Source of the DNA: Macrostomum lignano
Lineage: Eukaryota
Length of the DNA stretch: 64,000 nt
Direction: 5' to 3'
NCBI GenBank assembly: GCA_002269645.1
Contig: NIVC01000942.1
Span: forward strand, 1-64,000
A model generated the notes under the pieces. It was not told the DNA's origin, made no database searches, and worked only from the letters and a program-made list of their open reading frames with translations. Of this stretch, positions 1 through 12,300 are shown one piece after another (the first letter of the stretch is position 1; each line of letters opens with the position of its first letter). The position numbers were made by a program, and so were the translations under genes.

Positions 1-278
1 AGATGACGTGATGAGATTCAAAACGAGATTGTTCTTAGTAGTCTTTTATATACTCGTACTTCTATCTGAGAATAGCTGATAGCTGAGAAATGTGACACTG
101 CCGGATCCATAGTCATTAGAAAACGGGAACTCTAGCCATTGCCGCATTATTCGCAGTGAACAAAAAATAGCAAATATTAAATGCTTGAATTCAACCTACC
201 TACCTATTCGCATGAGTTGAAAGTACGCTCGCGAATCTTCGATAAAGAATGAAATCCTGTATTTCACGGACTTTTCAG

Positions 279-3200
279 CGCTGCTATGGAATGATCGGCG
301 CGCAGCCGCAATCGTGAAGGATCTGTTTGACAGTAAATTCTGGCCATTGATTGCGGACACCTGTCCGGAAGTAATCAAAACAAAACCAATCCATTTACAG
401 TTCGTGGAGATTGCTCAGACAAGACTCATGAACATCCCAACTGCTCTTGATAGTAAGTATATTTCAATTAGCTGCACCAATAAGGGGTTGTGGATAAGGG
501 GCTGTAGCCTAGTGGTTAGAGCGTTGGACTCACGACTTGAAGGTCGGGGGTTCGATTCCCAAGCCCAATGGAACAATTTTTGTCCTTGAGCAAGATACGT
601 AACTCTGCATTGCTTCAGTTTACCTAGCTGTAAAATGGGTGCCAGCATTAGCTGGGGTAATTGAGGGTGTGTGTGGCGACCCCCCAGTCCTTGGACTGAA
701 CAGACGTACGCAGCCTTCAGATGCCCTGCGCAATAGCTGTGGCTGAGCTGTGGGTTGCACATCTGCCCAATTGGGGCAGGTGTAATAAAAAATTCAATCT
801 TACTTGTATCTGCGCTCCTACAAAGTCCATCCTGCCCTCGTATTTTAAAGCTTCTTAATACTCATTTCAGCCATTGCCAACCTCGGCAACTGCTTGTTCA
901 TCGGTGCCCACGCCGACGTATCGACGGCGCCGCTGTTCGTTCAGGCAAACTTGTCGACCGGCCTGACGCCGGGCTCTGTCGCTGCCCGCCGCTACCCCCG
1001 CATGCGGCTGCACCAGGTGGCGCCGATCCCACTGCCGCTGGTCTCGGACGGTGTGGCGCGGGCTCTGTCGCTGTCTGCAGGAACCAACCTGGCTGTGGGC
1101 AGCCGGCTCAGCATCATTCTCGGCCCCGGCTATCAAGCATTTCACGTCGAACTTCTCTCTGCCAAGTTCCCAGGCTCTGTTCAGATCTACCGGCTGGTGC
1201 CTGGCTCTGAGTTTGATCTCATTGACAAGCTTAAATCGAAGGATGCCACCAATTTTTTTCTTGCAGCTGAACCGGCCGAAGCCGAGGAGTTTTTGTATGC
1301 TGCATTCAAAAGCCGATTGCTGCACCCAACGTATCGCTGGTTTCTGTTCAACACTGTGAGGCTCTTTTTGTGGCTGCAATGGATTTTTTCGTACGAGCAT
1401 TATTGCTCATCCCAAAAATGTACATGGGCATACAAGAATTAGATTGTAATTTTTATGCAGAGTCGCCTTCCATCAATAATATATATAATGAAAATTGACT
1501 ACACCAGCCCTAATGGGCAGATGTGCAACCGACAGCTCAGCCGCAGCTATTGCGCTGCGCATTTGAAGGCTGCGTACGGCTGTTCAGTCCAAGGCCTGGG
1601 GGTCGCCACACACACCCTCAGTTACCCCAGCTAATGCTGGCACCCATTTTACAGCTGGGTGAGCTGAAGCAATGCAGAGTTAAGTGTTTTGCTTAAGGAC
1701 ACAAATGGTTTCGAGTGGGTCGAGAATCGAACCCCCGACCAATGCAAGATTTCAGATATTTTCATGACTAGTTAAAAAATATTCCAGGTACTGGTACAGA
1801 AGAATAATTTCTATGGCTTTACGGTAGTCTCAAAAAATATTACGTCCATGGACTTTGGCCTTGTGGCAACTGCCATCAACATTGGACTGAACTCAACGCG
1901 GTCAATATACTTGTTTGATCTACTGTCAATCTGGTCGGTGTATTTGACGAACATACTTTGCGATCAGGTGCGAAATCTATATAGTTCATTATTGCAGTTT
2001 TTACTAAGACAGATTAGTACCTAGTCACATTTCCCACCATTCTGCCAAACTCCAGTCAGCAGAAGTGAACACAACTGTTGAAGGTATGACCGGTTCGTTC
2101 AGTCTTGCACCTGATGGCACAGTCTCTAGGCTGAACTGGTTTATGAACTTTTATAAAGGGCTTGGCCATCAGCATGAGTGGGTAAGGAACCAAAGCATTG
2201 ATGTGTGGCTTAGTTAGTATTTTTATCCAACAGATCATAAATACTGGAGTCCGCATTTATAGTCAATTCTGGACAAAAGATTCCATATCATATCTTATTG
2301 ATAATGACCACACCTTGAAGATTGGCAACTGGTCAAGTGTCGGAGACTTTCACTTCGAACCAGCTAAGTTGAGAACTCCAACTGACCAGGTTTTAAAGAG
2401 TGAACTCAACGTGAATGTGTTCAGAGTAGTAACTCTATTGGTAAGTGTCCTAGACAACCATCCTGCAATTGAGTACCTCTAAATGCACATTCTGTTAATG
2501 ACATTTGTTCGCAGCTCCCCGTTTTTGTGGTTTTTTAGGCGCCGCCATTCGTGCAGTATAAGAAAGGCTATGAGAATAGAACGGATGTAAGCTTATACGA
2601 CCGTCTAGAGGGGTTTGCGATGGACATTTGTAAGCAGATCCTAGAGAATATGTCGGTGAGTTTTTGTGACGTGGTTGTTGAGTCTTTAATCTATCACAGT
2701 TCAGCCTACGCTCATGTTATGTATTTCCTGCGGCCAGCTTCTATTAGCTGTCTTTCCATTAGCTCGCAGCTTATAAAAATCAACTAAATGCATGGCCTGT
2801 ATACAGCTTTCAGATATAGAATATAGCTCGTAAATAAAACATTCGCATTGAAATTTCACGACACCCCAAGTGTATCCGAATTTAAACGCAATGACTCTAG
2901 AAGACTTTAAAAGCTATTCGAGCTGAGTGAATATTTTTTAATTTGGCAACAAAACTCATCATCGTTCAATGCTAGTCAATAGGTTTAGAACTTGATTTGA
3001 CTGTGACAGGAAAATTTAAGCTGTAAAATTCATAACTTCATAAGCAGTTCTACTTTACTCCAACAGTTAAACTCTGTCGAAGTCTTTCTACAGCCGGATG
3101 GTAAATATGGCTCTTACGATCCGGTAGATGGCTGGGGCGGCATGGTGGCTACACTGATGCTGAATGCTGCTGACATGGCCTGCGCTTCAATGTCCGACAC

Positions 3201-4610
3201 GGAGCTGCGCCGTAACGTCGTCAAATTTACGCAGCCCATCCAATCATTTCAGCTATCCATCCTGTACTCAAAGCCAGAGGTCAATCCAGTTAAACTGCTA
3301 TTTGAATTTCTCTCTCCGCTACACCTGTACACCTGGCTGGCCTTGCTCGGCTCCGGCCTTGCATCGGGGCTGGTGCTGGCGGTGCTGCATCGAATTAGCA
3401 GGAACGAACAGCGGCTCAGCTTGTACGAAGCCATCTACGTCGCATTGGGCACGCTGATCCAGGGCGTGAAGACAACGATACCGGATCGCCCGTCAGCACA
3501 GCTGGTGAAACATTGTGATACGCTTGTATTACTGTTCAAATGCTTAATTCTCGATATAATTATAAATTGTGAAATTGCACTCTGATATTTTGCAGATAAC
3601 AATGGTTTTCTGGCTATTTGTGCTCATCTTTCTAATCATCTACGTGACACACTATGCAGCTAAGCGGACTCTGGAAAGAATCCAGATGGAGATCACTGAT
3701 CTCAAGAGCCTCCCGATGCAGGAGGCGTACGAATACGGTACGCTCTTCGGCTCTGTGTACCTGGACTTCTTGAAGCACTCGTATGTCAGGCTGGAGTTGC
3801 TAGCTTACCGGCACATCGCCAACGACCCACATCGTACCCAGCCACGGAACATCAGCCACGCGCTCAGCTTAGTCAGAGGCGGTACTTTTGCATTCATTTA
3901 CAACTCGGCCATGAACCATTACTACTCGAAGATGTTGTGCGACTTTTATGAGACTGGCAGCTTTGGGCAGGACAGCGCGCGCTTGGGACTCCCGGCGAAC
4001 GCGGAGTACGATGATATGATCAATCGAATTATCAATCGACTGGTGAGCAGCGGGGAGCGAGACCTGCTGTACAAAAAGTAAATCGGTTGGTTTGTAAATG
4101 TTTCGGAGTACTTTATGTTATTTAATCAAGCTCCTTGTTTAAACTAGAGTGAGTTATATTGGTTAAGAATATCTATAAATAAAAATTCGTAGAAGTCAAT
4201 GGTAAAGGGTCTGCAAATTTGTACCTATAAGGGCACCCCGATTCAGCAAAAGCAATATGACTCTTGATTTTTACAGGTACTTCAATCCACCCAAAAGCAA
4301 CCTGCCGGACTGCACAAACAATTCTCTACCGCACTCCATCATCAACTGGATTCCCTCGGAGGCAGAAGTTTTCAACACAAAGCGGGGCGCGCTGACCCTT
4401 AACAATAATACCATGGGCATCACCGCCATCAACCTGGCCGTTTGCGTGCTCACCCTGCTGCTGGCGCTCATAGAATTTGCCTGCTTAAAAATCAGGCTGC
4501 AGGTTAGACGCATATGGAATACAGCCCAGAAAAATAGGAGCCTGCGAAAGGCTGCTGCGGCGGCTGCCAAAGAGTACCAGGGCGAGGAGTCGATGGAGTC
4601 GCAAGCCTAG
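279..4610 (+). CDS. Divergent ionotropic glutamate receptor-like subunit A (ATD-S1-M1-M2-M3-S2-M4), multi-exon; the signal-peptide exon was not found
   Basis: Hand-spliced in-frame GT-AG exons: 279-452, 871-1355, 1788-1967, 2056-2181, 2321(or 2234)-2440, 2539-2655, 3067-3504, 3596-4077, 4277-4610. iGluR motifs: RVVTLL|APPFV, RLEGFAMDI, PDGKYG..WGGMVATL, ADMACASMS..R..VKFTQP, M1, YGTL, ALTLNN..GI..LALIEF (M4). Confidence 0.88.
498..790 (+). mobile_element. tRNA-derived SINE, family A, in intron of iGluR-A
   Basis: A box (TAGCCTAGTGG) and B box (GGTTCGATTCCC) head, followed by a body shared with the copies at 1490-1740, 27800-28335 and 44989-45315; A-rich end. Confidence 0.85.
1490..1740 (-). 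mobile_element. SINE family A copy, 5'-truncated
   Basis: Reverse complement of the 498-790 body, running from the B box to the 3' end. Confidence 0.85.
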
Positions 4611-6342
4611 CAGACGCTTTCTAGGCAGGGTCAGGACGCACCTGATTTGCTAAGCAAATGACGTCTATAAAATTTGAAACAGGCTCTAAATGCAAGTGGA
4701 TTCTTAGAACTTTTGGCACTCACAGACTACATTGTTATGCAACCGTAGGAATACTAATCCAGTTTCCATGCGTTTTTGCATAGCTCGTAGGGAAGGAAGG
4801 GTTTCATACATTTTTCCCAGGTATGACGCTTTTCGCTGCAGCTGAACGGAATATCACAGGTGCATTAGATTCTACCACAAAGATGTAAAACTGCTCCTCT
4901 GTGGAGAATATATCTGTCGAGATCCGAGTGTATTCAACAATTTCCATTGGAAAATATTTTTCTCCGTGTGAAAAACACCGGAAACCTGCACACTTTCTTT
5001 TTCCATCAATTTCCCTGTTAATTAATCGATTAAGGGAACTGAGTATCCCACATCTCGATTTCTCATCCATCGTCGACCTGACAAACTTTCGGTACTTTAA
5101 ACGATTTTTTTTAAATTTGTTGGAAATTCACAGATTGGAAAAATTTAGAAACACAGATACTTTAATAACTAAATGGGACATTCAGCACATTTGCGTGTAA
5201 GCTACTTTAAGTTCACTAGAAAGTTTAAGAAGAAGCATTTTTATGTATTTTAAAGCCAAGGCTCATTTATTTGGCTCTTACCCCCCCCCAACCCTCCAAC
5301 CGTGCCTTTCCACACTACCCCCCACCCCGCCCCAAATTTTATTGCCTTTTTGGAATTCCAGCCTAAAGCTGCCATGTACATTTCAGTGGACTGGCTAATG
5401 TACATTATGGCTGAACCAATTAGCAAGTTGTTTACGTCTGCAAGCTTGGGCTTCTAAACTTATCAAAGTCATTTCAGCTGACTTTATTTTTATAAAATAG
5501 CTTATGTATTCTTCTTTGCTACTGAAATGAAAGTAGAGAGCTGTTTTCCAAGTATACAGTATATGCCTGGGTGGCCCATCTACGAGCGTAGTTATTTTAG
5601 TATCTGTGGTTGGAAAGAATAAGGAACGGAGGTAGTCTGCTTTCGTGAATTTTACAAGCCTACCTTCTTGAATTTGGGTATTAAATATCTTATTTTGTAC
5701 TAATTTTTAGGGAATTTCTCTCGTGTACTTTTAGCTTGTAATACTTGTCGAGGTTTTTTTACAAAACAAGCACCTGCACCAGGTTTGCATATGTTGCAGT
5801 TTAAACGAGCACGAAGAAAATAATAGTTTGATACGTGATTTCTCAAAATTAATTCATTTTTAAGTAAATATATTTGCTTATATATATATTGGGTTTATTA
5901 AATTAATATATTTATTTATGCTGCTTTTACAGATATTCCTTAATATAGCTCGTACATGACAAATATTTTGTAACAGTCAAGAGTTTTGTGTTTTTGTATG
6001 GCTACATTTATTAAAAATTATTAACAGATTCTAATTTTTATCTTCATGTAATTATTATACTATCAAAGGACCATGCATGTTAAAACAAAGACGACTGTAA
6101 AAACAAAAATGCATGCATAAATCAAGTTCTTTGATCGCTTTGTATTGTTAATGACCGATTTTCTGTTTTTTTTGTTATGAATGTCTATCCTTCAATTATA
6201 AATTTGTTTGATGAGTCATCAAGACGCAATAATGTCAAAAAGCATTGCCTTAAATTGCAGAGTGGATTTTTCTGAACTTTTAATGTATTATTTCAAACGA
6301 TAATATAAAATACAAATTCACTGATGCAGGGACCAAAGAATC

Positions 6343-9300
6343 TCATAATATGCTTTCGTCCACCTGCATCAGCACCAGGGTGCTTCGCCTACGGTCGCCG
6401 GAGCTGCCCCGGACGCTGTCCTCCCGGTCAACCAGATTCCGGCCCCAGCGGTTGCGGCAGCGGTCAAAGCCGTGCTCCAGCCCGGCCACCAGTAGCACCA
6501 GCGCGCAGCTGAACAGATTCAGTAGCGACAGCCCAAGAGTGTCGCGTAGCGTCAGAGCGCCAGGCCGAGGCGCCAGGCTTGGCGGCTCCTCTGGCGCCAG
6601 GTGGGACAGGAAGGCGCCAATTCTGCTGCTACTGCTGGCGTCGCTGCAAAGCGGGCGCTCGCCGGCGGGCACCTCAAAGTATCTGCGGGAGCCCCGATGG
6701 TGGTCCCTTGCAATTAGGCGTAGTGGCTCGTAAAATTTTGAGCTGGGTAACCTAGATTAACCCTGTTGCTATGCCAAATTACCCTGCCCTAAGCTTACCT
6801 AGCTACAATACCCCAATAGCTTTAAAACAATCAAAACATGTATACTTGCTTCATCAGGCAAGAATTTTTGTAAATAAGTAGCTTTGGTCATATTTGTTAT
6901 TTAATTTATTGATAAATACTTGGGTAGTAGCAAAAAACCTAGGAAGGATATTTGCATGAAAGACTCTTCATATCATGTCAAAGGAGAAGCCTCATTGCCA
7001 TGCCGACAGAGTTTGAAAACTTGGGTCCTTGACCTTTCGCTGATTTACTCAGTGGTACGAGCTAAACACGTCCAATTCTCGTGCCACGACCTCTGGTTCG
7101 ATTCTGTGTGTACATAGAATGTACATGTCTGACGATTAGAAAGTCAGTACCGCTGTACACCCTGTGTGAGCGTGTGCGTGAGTGCGTGCCTGCGTACAGC
7201 ATTGGCGAGCTTGTCTGTGCTCAGAAATGAGCAGAATTGCCTCAGAGCTGGTTGTGGGACGATGTCGCTGAAGGCGCTGCGTCATGCTGCTCACAGCACT
7301 TCTGCAAATGTTTTATTATCATCTGTGCACCCAGCGAGGCTATACATACTCCTACATAGGGGTCAATTGCCACTACTGTTCTAGTTCTCAAGACAAGATG
7401 CAGGTGACTCTCTGGCCTATAGACGGCTGCTGATACCATCCGCTGTGCTTTGCTGACTATCATCGCAGAGTGCAGGGGTCTGTGTGGGAACTCAGATTTC
7501 GGGATATTTTACTCTTACACTTTTGACTTTTTATACATATTTACTCAGCAACATAGAAAAGTCGCCATCACAAAAGATTCCGTCTGTGGTCACCACTTTT
7601 GAGAGGGCAGGTAAAGTCTCTCAATCTTTGCGAGTGACTAAGCTAACTCAGCTACGCCGCGGCAGACTTGAGTTGAGGAATGAAGCGGGGGGAGCGGTGT
7701 GCGAGAGTTGGACGGATTTCAATTTAGCTGAGTATACTCGTTAGATTAACATCTAAATTAATAGCACACCAAATTAGGTAGGTTAAATTACCCATGCAGT
7801 TTAACGGAGTTGATGAAAAATGTCAAACATGCGCAAAACTGACTTTTCTTAGTCATGCAGGTCAGGGGCTGCGTTAAGAGTTCTAGTATAAGCATGCGAC
7901 TCTGCGGCTAGACTATGCTTCAAAGTTGACTAACATTTTCAGTTAGAAAATTTTTTTGTGAAAGCAAGCGCACCTACGCTCCAACTCGTCTAGCCAGTCG
8001 TCAGTTCTGTTGTCCATGGCAGCCGCCAGCTCCTCGTTTATCAGCGGCAACAGCCGAGATCCAGTCGGCAGCGCCAGCCCCAGCTCGATTGGGATGCCGT
8101 CGAACACAACAAGCCGGGCGTCGCAGGTCAGCTGGCTCCAGTAGGCGTTCCGCTTGGCGTCGTAGACCAGAGCAAAGTCGCCGGTCTCCATGGCGGCGCG
8201 GCCGATCTGGGCGTTCGAGAACAGGCCGCCGCGGTGCTGCATTCGCTCATAGACCATGCGCAACTGAGGGAATGGCGACTCTTTGAAATAGGCGGAATAG
8301 CTGGAATTAGCCAGAGTGCCGAACCTGTGGGTTGTCTGGTCCAGCAGGCTCCTCAGCGTTCCCCCGATGGGCACCTGCACTCTGTTCAGGCATCGCTGGC
8401 CGGCTAAGTTGGCCGCGAAGGCTACAAGAAGCAGCAGCGCTGTCAGGCGGAAGGCCGACACAGCAAACCGGCCGGAGGGTCGCTGCGGCTGCCGGCATCT
8501 GCCCTAATAAGGTTTAATTCGGCATTGAATAAATGTGACTTAAAGCCAGCTTTTGCATTCGAGTTAGAGGAATTCTATAGCTTAAGTTTTTAGTTTTTAG
8601 TACCATTTATTTAAGTAACACGTTAGTAACACGTAGCAATGTTTGTCACATGATATTTAAATCCAGTGTTGTGGCTGCTAGCTAAATGACTTAAGTCGAC
8701 TCGGGAGTCGAGGAATGAACCAAATTGGCTCTGTCGGACCCTTCAAAGAAGGGACAGAGGCATGGATTCAATACCAAGAGTGCATTGAACAGTTTTTTTT
8801 GTTGCCAACGACATTGCAGATGAGAAAAAGAGAGCAGTGTTGCTCAGTATGTGTGGGAAACAAACATATCAGTTGCTCTGCAGCCTTCAGTTGGAACGTC
8901 TTATGCTGACATCTGCAAAGTACTGAAGGAACACTTCGACCCAACGCCGCCAGAAATCGTTCTGCGCCATCGCTTTTTCACTCGAAACCGTCAGTCTGGT
9001 GAATCCATTGCCGTCAGCTTGGCAAAGGTTGCAATCTCACCAACCTGAACGGAATGCTGAGGGACACGCTCGTGCTGGGCATCAACGATGACGGAATCCA
9101 GCGGAAACTCCTTGCTGAAAAGGAACTGACGCTAGCAAAGGCACCATCAACAGCACAGGCCCTTGCTACGGCCGCCGAGGGCACTCAACTTGTGATGAAG
9201 GGCACCGAGCCAGAGTCCGTTCACGTCGTTCAGCAGTCGGCAACTGCCAGACGCTGTTTCCGGTGTCTCTCACAGCGGAATCTGGTATCCAAGTGTCCCT

Positions 9301-12300
9301 TCTTGAGCAAGAAATGCTTCAACTGCTCCAAGCAGGGGCACACGGCAGCTGCATGCAAGTCCCAGGCATCCAGTGGTCGACGCAAGAACCAGGCGGCGGT
9401 GCGCGAAGTCGAGTCGGAGATGGAGGAGACAGGTCCTGCCGCTGCTCGTGGTAGATGGCTCCGGTTCAGATTTGATTGGGCGAGACTGGCTGGCCGATCT
9501 GCCCCTGGACTGGCGCGGGATCGAGCAGATGCAGTCGCATCAGAGCGGTGAGCATCCTATGATCCGCGACCTGCTGAAGCAGTATTCCGGTGTGTTCGAG
9601 TCCGGACTCGGCCAGTATACAGGGCGGCCAGTGTAGCTGCGACTGAATGACGGGGCCCGGCCTCGCTTTCTAAAGGCCCGCAACGTGCATTTCGCGCTGA
9701 AGGCCAAGGTTGAGGCACAGCTAGACAAAGAGATTGAGCAAGGTGTGCTAAAGCCCGTGAGTAGCTCTGACTAAGCATCGCTTATTGTTCCGGTGCTCAA
9801 GCCCGATGGATCCGTTCGCATCTGTGCCGACTTCAAGCAGACGGTGAATCTCGACGTGGAACCGGAAAAGTATCCGCTGCCTCGGATTGACGAGCGATTC
9901 GCTAAGCTGGCCGGAGGGCAGAAGTTTACGAAGCTCGACCTCTCTCTCACAGGCGTATTTGCAGATGCCTCTGGACGAGGTCTCTCAACAGATCTGCACC
10001 ATCAACACGTCCAAAGGGCAGCTGCGCTACACCCGGCTTCCGTTTGGCGTGGCGCCTGCAGTCGGAATTTTTCAGCGGCTCATGGATAGCCTGCTGCAGG
10101 CCATTCCGCATGTCACCTGTTTCATCGATGATCTCATCATCACCGGGAGCGACGACGAGAGCCCCCTGCGTTCACTAGAGTTGGTTCTACAGCGCCTGCA
10201 GCAGAGTGGCCTGAAGTGCGGACTGAACAAGTGCAGCTTCATGCAAGAGAGTGTGAGCTATCTGGGACATCGAATCGATGCTGCCAGCTTTCACCCGCTG
10301 TCAGAGAACTTGACTTACTTGACTTAGCTGCAGGGGGCTCCGGAAACAGCGAGTTTCCAGTTTCGAGTGTTTGTGCGTCCGGAAATAGCGAGGAGGCGTT
10401 GCCGCCCATTTCGCTGTCAGAGAAGGTGCGGGCCATCATGGATGCGCCAGCGCCCAAGGACGAGACTCAGCTCCGCAGCTTCCTGAGGTTGGTCAACTAC
10501 TATGGCAAACTCCTGCCGAACCTGTCCACCGAGCTGGCCCCACTGCATCGTCTACTGAACCGGGATGCTGCCTTCCGTAAGTGCAAAGAGCTGTTCAGCA
10601 GGGCGCCAGTGCTCGCACATTTCGATGAGCGGCAGCCGCTAGTGCTGGAGTGCGACGCTTCTCCATACGGCTTAGGCGCTGTCATCAGTCATCGAATCAA
10701 CGGTATCGACAGACCGATCGCCTTTGCCTCGCGCTCCTGATGTCATCCTTCAGCTTCATTCAGAGCATGCATTTATTAATATTAATAGTGTGGTGACTTG
10801 GCTGGGTTGATTTTTGTTAGTGATGTTAGCTTGTACTTTATTCAGTGTTTGGGGGTGGTGTTTTTACCTGTTTCGCTCTGTGCGCCTTTCTACAATATCT
10901 TGATGTACTCTCTTACTCATGTACGTTCTTCAATCTGGCTACTTTTGTTCTCCACCCCTAAGCGTTATCCACTAAACGTATCGTGCTCAATACTTACAAT
11001 AAAAATCGCAGTCGCTTGCCTCGTATCAAGCTTATATCGTTCTACAATCTAAAGTGAAGTCTTTACAAATAGCATAGAGCATAGAGCATTGGTCTTAATA
11101 ATAGCATAGAGCATAGAAGATTAATCTTATTAATAGCATTGACAATAGAAGATTAATCTTATTAATAGTATAGAGCATGCACATTCACAACATCCAGCAA
11201 ACCTGGAACAGCATCGCCAGAGCCGAATAGGCAGTGTAGACAGCATGGAATCGGCTTCGGTCCTTGTGACGCCGGTACAGACCAGTCAAGGTCAGCGCGA
11301 GGAGAACGGCGCTCCCGAGACCTGCCAGCCAGACGTACAGGTGCATCGAAGTGGCAAACTGAAACATGGACTCGGTGGGGTCGCTGCGCACCTCGCGGAA
11401 AAGCACAGACATGTTTGTCTGGATGTACGCGCGGCTTAACGTCGCCGGCCAGCTCGCCATCTGGTGCGAAAGCGACGTCGACGGCGGCGTCATCGCTGAA
11501 CAGGCAATGTCGGCGCGACCGTCGGCGAGTGCGCCGGCAACTCGCACCCATGCGTCATTGTCGATTGCAGTGGCGTTGGGAAGCAGCTCCAAGGACAAGT
11601 TGGTAATCTGCCAGTTTTATTGGAATTTTTCGGGCTGAATGTAATCTAATTAGAGAACCTATTACGTAAATAAGACCTCTAAAATATTGGAAATCCTTTG
11701 ACAAGTTTCAGTTGACAGGTGTTAGATAGCAGGTAGGTCAGTGGAAAGGACATCATTAGTGGGCATCAATAGACAGGGGCGTCAATGAACTGCTATTAGA
11801 GGAAATTCACCCCAAATAGGAACGCTCACCCCAAGGTTCTGCCTGAGCAGCCGGATGCACAACTCGAAGGAAAATCCTTCCAGGCGATCCTCCAACGCCT
11901 GACCGGTCTTGTCTTCCATGCCCGTCTTGAATCGGACGTACGGGTTGTCCTGTAGTGTTTTGGTTAGATGTAGAAAAAACATAATTTATTACTCCGATAA
12001 GTAGTGCAATGAGGAGATGCAGTCTCTCCGCTGTCTCCTTTTCACTTCTGTGTTGACTGTTTGCACTACCGGTAACGAATTGTCTATGGCCATGTTGGAG
12101 TTCATGTTATTTCAGTGTACATCTCGAGCTGCGCCATCAGCTTCTCTCCATCCTATCCTCGCTTCTCCCCATCCTCTACTCGCTTCTCTCCATCCTCTCC
12201 TCGCTTCTCTCCATCCTCTCCTTCTCGCTTTTTTCCACCCTGTCCTTCTCACCTCTCCACCCTCTCTTCGCTTCTTTCCATCCTCTCCTTCTCGCTGTTC

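Noticed and set aside
4804-5200. Overlapping 88-aa and 99-aa ORFs between the iGluR 3' ends
   Set aside because: No recognisable motif or splice context; the length is compatible with chance or a decayed TE.
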